Source: Candidatus Obscuribacteraceae bacterium (lineage in GTDB: Bacteria; Cyanobacteriota; Vampirovibrionia; Obscuribacterales; Obscuribacteraceae). Taken from it: a DNA stretch of 64,000 bases. Shown here one piece after another: positions 28,601 to 37,793 of this stretch. The stretch's first letter is position 1. Every line of letters begins with the position of its first letter. The notes beneath the pieces were generated by a model. The model saw only the letters and a list, made by a program, of their open reading frames with translations. It did no database searches and was not told where the DNA came from. The translations under genes and the position numbers were made by a program. The stretch spans positions 64,001 through 128,000 of the forward strand of contig JBGASG010000005.1 of NCBI GenBank assembly GCA_044229845.1, read 5' to 3'.

Positions 28601-28894
28601 CTTATACAGATAAACCTTGATGATGCTCAGCCCGCTTATCGAAGTGGATTCGACGTGCTCGATGCCGTTTACCGTCGAGGTCAACCATTGCTCTGTCGAT
28701 GTGGTGACTAGTTTCTCGATGTAATAGGGCGACATGCCCGTATAAGTCCAGACGCAACTGACAATCGGAATATCTATGGAGGGGAAGATGTCCACTGCCA
28801 TCTGTTTGATCGAGATCACCCCGAAGATCAAAATGGCGATGGCCATGACTATGAAGGTATGGGCGCGCTTGAGTGCTAGCTCAACGATCCACAT
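25613..28894 (-). CDS. RND efflux permease subunit (AcrB/CusA superfamily), copy 2
   Basis: MWIVELAL start overlapping the upstream RND gene end; GMLVDDATVEIEN; RFRPVMMT; PIGRAVIGG. Confidence 0.95.
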   Translation of the reverse strand: MWIVELALKRAHTFIVMAIAILIFGVISIKQMAVDIFPSIDIPIVSCVWTYTGMSPYYIEKLVTTSTEQWLTSTVNGIEHVESTSISGLSIIKVYLYKGTDIGQSVAMVTSIGNAVINYLPPGITPPFVTVSSATDVPVLQLQLSSKTLSEAALFDIANNFVRNQLATIQGATIPFPYGGKYRQVIVDLNPQAIIANGVSADEVVQVLNDQAIIAPSGTAKIGTYEYIMTLNNIPTVIDRLNDIPVKSQNGAVVFLKDVAFVHDGYQPQLNIVNNNGRRAIMFNILKNGDASTLSVVNRIKDILPRIQSIVPPECKVSLLTDQSIFVRECVGEVVREAVTAAGLTALMMLALLGSWRSTLIVATSIPLAMLCSLVGLHVCGETINSMTLGGLALAVGMLVDDATVEIENLHRNLGLGKEITRAILDGAQQVATPALVSTLSICIVFVPLIFLTEPSRSLFVPLGMAVVFAMLASYGLSRTIVPLMSKALIGYEHHQQLEQEKSGKPKQISFFGKIHKFIDDRFEDAREHYKSVLEFLLDRPLMGVGIFLLFYAVSFIVLLPRIGEDFFPAIDAGQLRLHVNARPGTRVEQTERIFHSIEDRIRQIIPPDEIVVITDNIGMPISGVNYAFSDSQTISEADGEILVTLSEHRAHPTGWYQKEVRKMVTHDFPEVTYYFQPADIVSQILNAGLPAPIDIRITGLDPDKNYEIARDIKRAVEKVPGAVDVCVHQVVTAPQFIFDVDRTRANQMGLTQKDISNSVLISLSSSFQVAPNFWLNNKNGVNYYLSSQTPQYRIHSLNDMGITALTPSDPSVQAAQQAENQNTTGVKLPRQPEMLYNVATPRREPTPAVVNHYNVQPTFDVYAACQDRDLGGVATDIKKIVEEYRPKLPRGSFMVIAGQVESMVSAFKALLFGLVFAMVLVYLLLVVNYQSWSDPLIILMAIPGAFTGILWSLFVTQTTFSIPALMGTIMTVGVACANSILMVTFANEQRQDGFDAHTSALNAGYQRFRPVMMTATAMIIGMIPMAIGAGQGGSQNAPIGRAVIGGLTVATFSTLLFVPLIFSIMRGRQDKNKRRKEETGKPATEPHQQDEK

Positions 28895-31800
28895 GGTCAC
28901 CTCCTGCCGGCGAGGCACCTGGGCGTTTCTTTCTACTGATGCTGAAGATCAGGGGCACGAAAAACAGGGTCGACATGGTCGCCACTAGCAGCCCACCGAT
29001 CACGGCCCGTCCAATGGGCGCATTTTGTGAGCCACCGTCACCAGTGCCCAGCGACATCGGAATCATCCCGATAATCATGGCGGTAGCGGTCATGATTACC
29101 GGCCTGAACCGTTCGTATCCCGCGTTATAAGCCGACGTCAAGCTGTCAAAGCCTTCGGCGAGTTGTTCTCGCGCAAAGGTCACCATCAAGATGCTGTTCG
29201 CCGATGCCACGCCAATCGTCATGATGGCACCCATCAATGCCGGGATGGTGAACGTGGTCTGGGTGACGAACAAACTCCAGATAATCCCGGAGAGAGCGCC
29301 GGGTACCGCCATCAAAATTATCAGGGGATCGCTCCACGACTGGAAGTTGACCACCAGGAGCAGGTAAACCAGCAAAATGGCGAATGCCAACCCCGCCAGC
29401 AGAGTCATGAACGCCAGTTCCATACTCATCACCTGACCGGCGCTGAACATAAAGGTGCCGTCCGGCAGTTTCTTCTTAAATGGCTCAAGGACTTTTTTCA
29501 GGTCTTCCGCTACGCCGCCCAGATCGCGCGACTGGCACGAAACAAACACGTCATAAACCGGCATCACCGAAACATGATTCACCACAGCCGGTGTCACCGA
29601 CCGCTTGAATTGCGCCACGTTTGTGAGCACGGGCGGGTTTTCCACGACCTGCCCCCGGCGACTGGTCGGAGTAATTGCCATAAAGCGCAAGTCGTCGAGG
29701 CTGGCAATCAAATGCTGCGGAGTCTGCACAGCCAGGTTGTAATTAATGCGATTGCCGTTGTTCAACCAGAAATTCGGAAACATCTGGAAGCTCGAACTCA
29801 AATTGACCAGGAAGGAATTGGAGACGTCCTTCTGTGTGACACCCATCTGGATTGACTTGGTGCGGTCCACCTCCCATTGAAAGTGCGGAGCATTGGGAAC
29901 CTGGTGCACCGTCACATCCACGGCGCCCCGAATGCGGGACACAGCGCGTTTGATCTCGACTGCCAGCTCGTAGTTTTTCTGACGGTTCATCCCGATTACT
30001 TTGATATCGACAGGCGCGGGCAGACCGGCGTTCAAAATCTGCGACACCATATCGGCAGGCTGGAAGTAGCAGTTCAGGTCGGGAAACTTCTTCTTCAGCA
30101 TCTCCCGAATACGGTCCTGGTAATACATGGTGGAGTGTGAGCGATTTTTCGAAAGCGAGAGCAGGATCTCGCCGTCCGCTTCGCTGATGGTCTGGCTGTC
30201 GGACAACGCGTAATTGATACCGCTTACCGGCAGACCGATATTGTCGATGACACCGGTCACCTCCCCTGGTGGCAGCAACTCTTTCACGGCATCCTCCACC
30301 TTGTGGAAGACTTGTTCAGTTGTTTCGACGCGCGTTCCCGGCGTGCAACAGACATGCAGCCGGATCTGCCCGCCATCGATGGCTGGGAAATAGTCCTGCC
30401 CGATAAAAGGCAACAAACAAAACGAGAGCGCGTAGAAGCACAGAAACAGACTCACCCCGATCGTCGGTCGATCGAGCAACCAGCGCAGCACACCTTGATA
30501 GGTATGGCGGGCGTTTTCGAATTGCGTGTCTACGAAGTGATGGATGTTTCCGAAGAAGCCGCGCGGCTTGTCCGCGTTTCTTTCCTTGAGCTCGTGCTCG
30601 TGGGCGAGCAGGTGCTTGGACATGAGCGGCACCATCGTGCGCGACAACGCGTACGACGCCATCATCGCGAAGGCGACTGCCATGCCCAGGGGCACGAAGA
30701 GCGAACGCGATGGTTCCGTGAGCAGAAACACCGGCACGAAAACAATGCAGATCGACATCGTCGAGACCAGCGCCGGCAGCGCCACCTGCTGCGCGCCATC
30801 AAGAATGGCTGTGACGATGTCTTTGCCCATATCTAGATTGCGGTGCACGTTTTCGATTTCGACCGTAGCATCGTCAACCAGCATGCCGACCGCCAGTGCC
30901 AGCCCGCCCAGTGTCATCGAATTTATCGATTGCCCGGTCACTGCCAGCGCAATAAATGCCGTCAGCATCGCCAGCGGAATGGATGTAGCGACGATCAAGG
31001 TGCTGCGCCAACTGCCCAGCAAAGCCAGGATCATCAGCGCCGTCAATGCCGCCGCGATCACCGCCTCCCGCACCACCTCGGCAACGCATTCGCGCACGAA
31101 CTCCGACTGATCGGTGAGGACGGTAATTTTGCACTCCGGCGGTATCAGTGCTTCGAGGCGCGGCAACTGTTTCTTGACGTTCTCCACAACAGTAAGGGTG
31201 GACGCGTCGGCGTTCTTCAAAATATTGAAGAGCACCGCACGCTTGCCGTTGATGTTGACGACATTGAGCTGTGGCTGGTTTCCATCATGCGCCTGCCCCA
31301 CGTCGCGCAGAAAAACAACGGCGCCCTTGTAGTTTTTCACAGGCAGGTTATTCAGCTCTTCGATAGTGGCGGGTATGTTGTTGAGCTGAATCATATACTC
31401 GCTGCCGCCGATTTTTGCGGTGCCCGTGGGCGCGAGGACGTTCTGCGCTTTGATTGTGTTGACGATGGCATCAGCGGAGAGTCCGTAGGCGTAGAGCGCT
31501 TTCGGGTCCAGGTCGATCATCACCTGGCGATACTTGCCGCCGTATGGAAACGGAATCTTCGTCCCTTGCACCGTTGCCAGCTGGCTGCGCAGCAGGTTGT
31601 TGGCAATATCGAATATTCTCGCTTCTGATATGGTGTCACTCTGGATGCCCAGTTGCAGCACCGGAACATCCGTGGCGCTCGATGCGGTCACGAAAGGCGG
31701 GTTGATGCCACGCGGCATCTGTCGGAGCAGCGCGGCACCCACGGACGTCGCCATCGCTACGTCTTCGCCGACGTTGATGCCTTCGTTGAGATAGAGCTTG

Positions 31801-32075
31801 ATGACGGCGATGCCACTCACGGAAATCGATTCCATGCGTTTGATGCCGTTGACCGTCGAGGTGAGCGCGCGCTCTGTGACGGAGGTGATGATGCTTTCCA
31901 TGCCGTAAGGCGACATGCCCGTGTAGGTCCACGCCACGCTGACGATGGGAATGTTGATTACCGGGAAGATGTCGACGGACATCTTGTGCAACGAGATGAT
32001 GCCGAAAATGACGATCGTGATCGCGGCGGCGATAATCGTGTGGGCTCGATTTAAGGCTAGTTGCACAATCCACAT
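28881..32075 (-). CDS. RND efflux permease subunit (AcrB/CusA superfamily), copy 1
   Basis: MWIVQLAL; GMLVDDATVEIEN; RFRPVIMT; co-linear paralog of copy 2. Confidence 0.95.
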   Translation of the reverse strand: MWIVQLALNRAHTIIAAAITIVIFGIISLHKMSVDIFPVINIPIVSVAWTYTGMSPYGMESIITSVTERALTSTVNGIKRMESISVSGIAVIKLYLNEGINVGEDVAMATSVGAALLRQMPRGINPPFVTASSATDVPVLQLGIQSDTISEARIFDIANNLLRSQLATVQGTKIPFPYGGKYRQVMIDLDPKALYAYGLSADAIVNTIKAQNVLAPTGTAKIGGSEYMIQLNNIPATIEELNNLPVKNYKGAVVFLRDVGQAHDGNQPQLNVVNINGKRAVLFNILKNADASTLTVVENVKKQLPRLEALIPPECKITVLTDQSEFVRECVAEVVREAVIAAALTALMILALLGSWRSTLIVATSIPLAMLTAFIALAVTGQSINSMTLGGLALAVGMLVDDATVEIENVHRNLDMGKDIVTAILDGAQQVALPALVSTMSICIVFVPVFLLTEPSRSLFVPLGMAVAFAMMASYALSRTMVPLMSKHLLAHEHELKERNADKPRGFFGNIHHFVDTQFENARHTYQGVLRWLLDRPTIGVSLFLCFYALSFCLLPFIGQDYFPAIDGGQIRLHVCCTPGTRVETTEQVFHKVEDAVKELLPPGEVTGVIDNIGLPVSGINYALSDSQTISEADGEILLSLSKNRSHSTMYYQDRIREMLKKKFPDLNCYFQPADMVSQILNAGLPAPVDIKVIGMNRQKNYELAVEIKRAVSRIRGAVDVTVHQVPNAPHFQWEVDRTKSIQMGVTQKDVSNSFLVNLSSSFQMFPNFWLNNGNRINYNLAVQTPQHLIASLDDLRFMAITPTSRRGQVVENPPVLTNVAQFKRSVTPAVVNHVSVMPVYDVFVSCQSRDLGGVAEDLKKVLEPFKKKLPDGTFMFSAGQVMSMELAFMTLLAGLAFAILLVYLLLVVNFQSWSDPLIILMAVPGALSGIIWSLFVTQTTFTIPALMGAIMTIGVASANSILMVTFAREQLAEGFDSLTSAYNAGYERFRPVIMTATAMIIGMIPMSLGTGDGGSQNAPIGRAVIGGLLVATMSTLFFVPLIFSISRKKRPGASPAGGDHVDR

Positions 32076-32084
32076 AGTCGGTGC

Positions 32085-34040
32085 CTAATCCCTCAGTGGA
32101 CTGTTGGAGACGACTGTGTTGACCGAAATGCGACCGATGGCGCGCAGCAGTTTGACTTGCGCGGCATTGTATTCGGTGATTGCCTTCACTTTGTCTATCA
32201 GCGCTGTCGTGTAATCTTTTTGCGCGTTGAGCACATCGAGTTGCGTGCCCACACCGTTTTCGATGCGGTCTTTGGCGACGCGCAATTGCTCGGCCGATGA
32301 GTTGACTGCGTCGGTCGTTTCGATAATCAAGTTTTCCGCCGATAGCGACGACAGGTAGGCATCGCGTACTTCCGCTTGGACGCGATTCATTTCGTCGAGA
32401 AACTCCAGCTGCACCTTGCGTGCCGTGGCTTTTGCCGATTCCATATTGCCGAACGCCGTGACGCCCAGTCCGCCCAGCGTCCACTGCACATCAAGCCCGA
32501 TGAGAAACAAGGACCGTCCGGCGTTGACGCGAGGTCCGCCGTTGTCGCCGGCAGCGAGCGGTAAACCACTGGCGCCCGAAACGGCGCCCGTCGTGGCACC
32601 GCCGGAGGTGCTGAAGGGAAGTTGCTGATTATTCGGGTTCTGCTTGGTGATGCGCGCGAAAGTGCCGACCGAGGTGCCGGTGACTGAAACCGTGGGGAGC
32701 AGCGGTGCCTTCGCGACTTTGACGGCTTCCTTGGCGGCGAGGCGCAGCTGTTCGAATTTCTTGAGCTCAGGTCGGTTGTCGATGGCGATGCGCAGCAGGT
32801 CGTTGGGAGCAAGGTTCTTGTCGACGAGAACAATCTTGCGTACTTGACGCTCGGGTGTCAGGTCCGTTGCATAGTCGAGATTGAGCGCTTTCGCCAGCTT
32901 TATGGCAGACTGGCGGCGTTCCACCTGCTGCTTGATCAGGTTTTGTCTGTCTTTCGATAGCTGCGTCTTTGCCTGCAATACTTCCAACGTTGAGACGACA
33001 CCATTGGCGAACTGATCCTGGTTGATCAGATAGAGTGCGCTCGATGTCTCGACGGCCTTGATGCGGATCTGCAGCACCGCATCGTTTTGTACCAGGTCGT
33101 AGTACAAGTTTGATGCTTCGAGGAGAACGTCATTGGTGCTGCCTTTGAGTTCGTATTGAGTGGCGCGATAAGAGTGCTTCTCTTGAAGAAACGTGTGAAT
33201 GATCTTGCCACCCTGGTACCCGTACCATTGAATGGATGCGGGCATGTTGAGGTAATAGTTGCGCAGCGGCAATGCGGCTCCGGCGGGGCTGATGTATTGC
33301 CCGGTCAGTCCTTGATAGCTGACCTCATTGATCAAGTTGGGAAGAAACCCGCCCATGCTGCTGATGTATTTCCAGCGAGCCGATTCATTTTTCTCGCCCA
33401 CGATTTTGATAATCAGGTTGTTGGCGCGCGCCTGCATAACCGTATCGCGCAGATTTATTTGGCGGGTGCCGCTGGCGTCCAGTTGATACGGCGAGGGCAG
33501 TTGCCGATCTAAGGTGATCAGCGCCGTGAGGACAGGCGGTGCGGTGATCACCTGGTCGGGATCCTTGAACATCGCTCCGGTGCTGCGCAATGTGTCATCG
33601 ACTATGGCGTCGAGTTTTTCTTTTGCTTCGATGGTGGCGGGTCCGGGCTGAGCGGGCACCACCTGAGGTGTCGGCATGGATTGCTGCCCGCCACTACCGA
33701 TTGGCCCTTTAAGGGTGGGTGGCGTGGTCATGCCGCCTGTGGGACTGGTCATCTCCGGAGGCTTGAAACTGGGGGGCGGCTGCGAGTTTTCGTAGGGAGA
33801 GGCGGGCGGGGTTTGCTTGCCCTGCTCTGAGGCGGGAAGTTGAGACTCTGGGTTGGCTGGGTTCGGTTGCGGCGCCTGCGCGACCGATCTGCCGCGCGCC
33901 GGCGCCGCTTTCGGCGTTTCTCCAGAGCGCGCTTGCTGACAACATCCAAATCCCAGCAATCCCAGCACCATGGCAACTGTGCAGACCATGCCGCAGAAAA
34001 CCACTGCAGTACTGCGGATTAGGGATGCCATGAGTGTCAA
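32085..34040 (-). CDS. TolC-family outer membrane factor with Pro-rich N-terminal extension
   Basis: Two OEP repeats (YYDLV...GVVSTLEVLQA; GVGTQLDVLNAQ...YNAAQVKLLRAIG); signal peptide; first gene of the RND operon. Confidence 0.92.
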   Translation of the reverse strand: MTLMASLIRSTAVVFCGMVCTVAMVLGLLGFGCCQQARSGETPKAAPARGRSVAQAPQPNPANPESQLPASEQGKQTPPASPYENSQPPPSFKPPEMTSPTGGMTTPPTLKGPIGSGGQQSMPTPQVVPAQPGPATIEAKEKLDAIVDDTLRSTGAMFKDPDQVITAPPVLTALITLDRQLPSPYQLDASGTRQINLRDTVMQARANNLIIKIVGEKNESARWKYISSMGGFLPNLINEVSYQGLTGQYISPAGAALPLRNYYLNMPASIQWYGYQGGKIIHTFLQEKHSYRATQYELKGSTNDVLLEASNLYYDLVQNDAVLQIRIKAVETSSALYLINQDQFANGVVSTLEVLQAKTQLSKDRQNLIKQQVERRQSAIKLAKALNLDYATDLTPERQVRKIVLVDKNLAPNDLLRIAIDNRPELKKFEQLRLAAKEAVKVAKAPLLPTVSVTGTSVGTFARITKQNPNNQQLPFSTSGGATTGAVSGASGLPLAAGDNGGPRVNAGRSLFLIGLDVQWTLGGLGVTAFGNMESAKATARKVQLEFLDEMNRVQAEVRDAYLSSLSAENLIIETTDAVNSSAEQLRVAKDRIENGVGTQLDVLNAQKDYTTALIDKVKAITEYNAAQVKLLRAIGRISVNTVVSNSPLRD

Positions 34041-34177
34041 CAGGTCTCCAGGTCAAAGACGGAACGTAATCTATCAGATCTGCCGCCCTGGCGCCGGTTT
34101 GCGGATTTAACGAGGTCCTTACCCAGGAGCCGGCGCAACTTCCTGGCGGCTGTTAGCATGAAGATTGAGGTACAGCT

Positions 34178-34906
34178 ATGCGCAATAGAAACGTGACGGC
34201 AATCTGGGTCGGCGTCATCATTGGTGTCATTGTGATTATTGCTGTCGGTGTTGGGGATGCCTGGGTCGATACATCGTGGAGTATCCCTTCGCTTCATGGA
34301 TTGAGTGGAATACCAACAGATGCCGGACGTATGCAGCGTCAGGCGATCTTTTTGCGCACCTGCCACGTCGCTCTCGATCACGGTGTTCAGTTTGTTTTGT
34401 TGTCGGCGCTGATCTGTATGGGTTTCGAGCGCTGGTTGTTTAAACCCGTGCTTGATGCTGCCGCCGCTCGGAGAATCTGTGTGCGCTCCTGGCGAGTGTA
34501 CTTGTGGCTATTGACTCTAGCCTGTGTCCTGGGTTGGAACGCCGGCTTTGCAGTTGAGCCGTTGCCATTCAGCGACAGGGAGTTCGTCGAAGGCGAAGGG
34601 CTGTCGATTATGGCGCATCTTGTCCTCGGTATGTCTGTTTTTGTCTTGCCACTTGTGGCAATCTGTGCGGGATACGCTCTCGAACGGTGCGCGGTCAAGT
34701 CTGGTGAGGTTCCCGCTCCCATGGCTCAGAGTGTGGATGTTCGCGGATGCGACTGTACGGACGAATGCCGCTGCGATCAAGATGGTGTCTCTTCGAGCTG
34801 CCGTATTGAATGCGGGTGCGGTACTATCCCTGGTGCCTGTGATTCGAGTTCCGCAGACGACGTCATCGCTTCGAACGAGAAGGAGTACGCGGCATGCTGG
34901 CATTGA
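34178..34906 (+). CDS. Membrane protein, paralog array member 1, with Cys-rich C-terminal tail
   Basis: About 4 TMs; motif WSIP...QAIFLRTCHVALDHG; tail CDCTDECRC...CRIECGC. Confidence 0.8.
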   Translation: MRNRNVTAIWVGVIIGVIVIIAVGVGDAWVDTSWSIPSLHGLSGIPTDAGRMQRQAIFLRTCHVALDHGVQFVLLSALICMGFERWLFKPVLDAAAARRICVRSWRVYLWLLTLACVLGWNAGFAVEPLPFSDREFVEGEGLSIMAHLVLGMSVFVLPLVAICAGYALERCAVKSGEVPAPMAQSVDVRGCDCTDECRCDQDGVSSSCRIECGCGTIPGACDSSSADDVIASNEKEYAACWH

Positions 34907-35526
34907 TTGGCGTGACAGTGGTGATGGTCGTGGTGTTCGCGGTACTGTATTTCGCCATGCCGGCAGATTCACCCGCTGCGGACCTGCCCGCGATTGATTC
35001 GCCCAAGCCGCATTACTTCATCGCCGCCGGGATTGGAACTGTGCTGGGGCTTGTGATGCTGGTTGCAGTGGGTTTCCTGAGCACGTGGAACGGCACCGGA
35101 TGGGAAATTCCGTACATCAAGCAATCCGAGCAGACTGCCAGCCTCTGGTACCAGGCTGCGTGGCTGCGGACCTGCCACCTGGCTCTTGAACATGGACTGA
35201 CATTCATCACTATACCGATGGTTTCGTGCGGAGGCATCGCCAAATTGATTACGTGCCTGCCGCGCGGCACTGGACGCGGGCGATTTCTGGCACGCACGTT
35301 CTGGATTTACTTGTGCTGCGCGATTGTCGCCTTCGCTGCCGGTTGTCTCGCCGCATGCTTCAACATACCTTCATTCGTCAATCAGGTTCTCATCTGTATG
35401 CTGTGGGGCGTCTCAACCGTATTTCTCGCGACCATAGGCGGCGCACTACCGGCGATGGCACTTTTTATTTCACTGATCGCCGAAGGAATTCGCAACAACG
35501 CTCCTCAAGCAATCGAGCAAAAGTAG
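34894..35526 (+). CDS. Membrane protein, paralog array member 2
   Basis: AAGGAG RBS; motif WEIP...YQAAWLRTCHLALEHG; extra N-terminal TM. Confidence 0.8.
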   Translation: MLALIGVTVVMVVVFAVLYFAMPADSPAADLPAIDSPKPHYFIAAGIGTVLGLVMLVAVGFLSTWNGTGWEIPYIKQSEQTASLWYQAAWLRTCHLALEHGLTFITIPMVSCGGIAKLITCLPRGTGRGRFLARTFWIYLCCAIVAFAAGCLAACFNIPSFVNQVLICMLWGVSTVFLATIGGALPAMALFISLIAEGIRNNAPQAIEQK

Positions 35527-35608
35527 TCTTAAGTCGGCCCGCGATTTGAGGTTGGATGTCATAATGGCTGTTATAGCGCGAATTTCAGGCATGTAAGTCT
35601 AGGTTTAG

Positions 35609-36196
35609 ATGACTGAGAATCAGAAAAGGTACTGTCTAGCGATTGTTATAGGCGCCTGCATTGGGGTTGCGGCGCTGGTCATTGCCGGCCTATTCGGCAA
35701 CCATTACGGGCAATGGACCATTCCGGTCTACCCCGAGGATTTCGACGGGTTGGACATAGTACCCCCGCGTGTCGTCGAGTTGGAGCGGGCAGCCATAGCA
35801 CTACGAATAGCGCACCTCTTTGTTGAGAATGGAACCGGTTTCTTGATTGTACCAATGCTCTTCTGTGTGCTCGTCGCGTTTCTCTGGAACCGATATCCGA
35901 GCATGATGTCGTATCCCGTCAAGATGACGAACCGCAGGTGGATACTCATGCTGGACAACTGTATGTTCGGAGCTCTTACGGTGGGTTTTGTGGGTTTCAT
36001 GATGGGACATTGTGGTGTGGTTTTCGTTGCTAACAGCCCGTATCCACCTGGAAGCATCGGCTGTGGATTGGCATATGCCGCGCACTTGTGCTTCTGGTCA
36101 TTCGTAACCGCGATAGTTCCTTTCTATGCGGTTGCAGTTTCGCTAATTCAAGAAGGGTTGATTTGGCGCTCCTCGCCGAAGACGGGTTGCCTCTAA
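35609..36196 (+). CDS. Membrane protein, paralog array member 3
   Basis: Motif WTIP...AAIALRIAHLFVENG..FLIVPMLFC. Confidence 0.78.
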   Translation: MTENQKRYCLAIVIGACIGVAALVIAGLFGNHYGQWTIPVYPEDFDGLDIVPPRVVELERAAIALRIAHLFVENGTGFLIVPMLFCVLVAFLWNRYPSMMSYPVKMTNRRWILMLDNCMFGALTVGFVGFMMGHCGVVFVANSPYPPGSIGCGLAYAAHLCFWSFVTAIVPFYAVAVSLIQEGLIWRSSPKTGCL

Positions 36197-36537
36197 TGCA
36201 AATGCAGCAGATTGTGGTGTTGCTGGGAATGGTGCTGGTCATCGGGATGTGCATCTATCCGCCGTGGCAGAGCCAGGAACCCGGGCAGCCGCCGCGTTCC
36301 ATGGGTTACGCGCCAATCTGGCAGCCGCCAGTCGAGAAACACCAGGCAGGCATCGACGTTCTCGGACTGAAGGTGCAAATGGGCGAACAATCGACGACCG
36401 CGAACCAGATTGATCTAATGCGCCTGGCAATTCAATGCGGTATCGTCGCTGGTGTCACCGCCGTGTTCACGCGTCTGCTCCCTTCGCAGCGCTCTGCTGA
36501 AACTGCTGCGGGAAAGACAGGCTCAGATTCGAATTGA
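36196..36537 (+). CDS. Small two-TM membrane protein, unrelated to the array family
   Basis: TAATG overlap with the previous stop; pattern TM-YPPW...GYAPIWQPP...IDLMRLAIQ-TM. Confidence 0.75.
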   Translation: MQMQQIVVLLGMVLVIGMCIYPPWQSQEPGQPPRSMGYAPIWQPPVEKHQAGIDVLGLKVQMGEQSTTANQIDLMRLAIQCGIVAGVTAVFTRLLPSQRSAETAAGKTGSDSN

Positions 36538-36551
36538 GAGAACTGTAAGTC

Positions 36552-37073
36552 ATGAAGATTCCCTATCTTCGATCGATCATTTTGGGTACATGCCTTGGGC
36601 TGTACGGCATCTATCTTGTCGGCAACACTGGTCCCTATTATCATGACTGGCAGATGCCGGTCGCATACAGTACAAACGAACCACAGGTAAGTCAGCTTCG
36701 GTACCAGGCACTCTTTCTTCGAATGTGTCTCATAGGACTGCAAGATGGCGCAGTCTTTTTGCTTGTGCCTATCCTTACGTGTATGGTCATCGAGAAACTG
36801 GCTGCACGTCGATCAGAGCAAGGTTCCATCAGATTTTGGCCGCGGTTTTGGCTGTGCTATGTTTGCTGTAGCGCAGGGGTGTTTCTTCTATCTTGCATGG
36901 CCTGCACTCCTTACGATTCATGGACGATCGCGCATTTCTTTGGTGCCCTTGGCCTTTCTGTTTTCTTCGTTCTAAGTTTGACTGCATGGGGGATTTTGCC
37001 CGCGGTTTCCGTCCTCGGTGCCTTGGTTCTTCAGGGGTATGACTTGTGCACCAAGCGGAATGAGTGCTTATGA
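36552..37073 (+). CDS. Membrane protein, paralog array member 4
   Basis: Motif WQMP...LRYQALFLRMCLIGLQDG..FLLVPILTC. Confidence 0.8.
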   Translation: MKIPYLRSIILGTCLGLYGIYLVGNTGPYYHDWQMPVAYSTNEPQVSQLRYQALFLRMCLIGLQDGAVFLLVPILTCMVIEKLAARRSEQGSIRFWPRFWLCYVCCSAGVFLLSCMACTPYDSWTIAHFFGALGLSVFFVLSLTAWGILPAVSVLGALVLQGYDLCTKRNECL

Positions 37074-37103
37074 TTTTCGACAAGTCCTTGAAGTGAATGG
37101 GCG

Positions 37104-37772
37104 ATGAAAGTACCTTACCCAAAATCGGTTATCGCGGGTTCCGTCCTTGGACTCCTGGGACTCTACGTAGTTGGTTGTGGGACTCTGCTCGATGACGACT
37201 GGTCGCAACACTTTCTGGGAGTGAGTGGGACTGGGGTCGAAAACCTCCGATACCAAGCGTTCGTGCTACGAGTCTGCCGTGTGTTCCTGAATCATGGACT
37301 TATCTACTTCATAGTCCCGATTCTTACATGCGTTGGCCTGGCGAAGTTATGGGACCAGGCTGAGAGCGCTGAAATCAGCCAGTTTTGGCGACAAGTCGGA
37401 TGGTGCTTCACTACACTTTGCGCCGCAATATTTCTGATCATGGGACTAAATATGATCGCGTTGACTGAGTTTGTCACAAGAGCGTGGACACTTCAGGACT
37501 GGGCAAATCTGGTGGGAATGTGGATTTATTCCACAGCAGTCTCAGTCCTTGGAGCCACTGTATGTGGGACTCTGCCAGGGATTTCTCTTGCTGCGGCTCT
37601 TCTCCTCAAAGGGTGGAGACTAGGTCGAGACTTTCAAAAGAATCGTATGAATCTCACACGCCCTGAGTCGAGTCAGAACAAGAGTTCTGTGGAAGTTATT
37701 GAATGCCAACAGTCTGACGCAATTGTTCCGTTGCCTGCCGTCAAACTGCAAGACGTGCCTAAGGCTGAATAG
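37104..37772 (+). CDS. Membrane protein, paralog array member 5
   Basis: MKVPYPKS vs MKIPYLRS of member 4; LRYQAFVLRVCRVFLNHG..FIVPILTC. Confidence 0.8.
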   Translation: MKVPYPKSVIAGSVLGLLGLYVVGCGTLLDDDWSQHFLGVSGTGVENLRYQAFVLRVCRVFLNHGLIYFIVPILTCVGLAKLWDQAESAEISQFWRQVGWCFTTLCAAIFLIMGLNMIALTEFVTRAWTLQDWANLVGMWIYSTAVSVLGATVCGTLPGISLAAALLLKGWRLGRDFQKNRMNLTRPESSQNKSSVEVIECQQSDAIVPLPAVKLQDVPKAE

Positions 37773-37793
37773 GACTTGAATAATTGCGTGCCG

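Noticed and set aside
24231..32054. Long plus-strand ORFs (e.g. 25901-27232) within the RND operon
   Set aside because: Antisense shadows of high-GC3 genes
34178..37790. Integron cassette array or invertible segment explaining the paralog cluster
   Set aside because: No attC-like palindromes and no integrase; genes overlap or have short gaps; the 8-bp inverted pair CAAGTCCT/AGGACTTG (37081, 37771) is too short to trust
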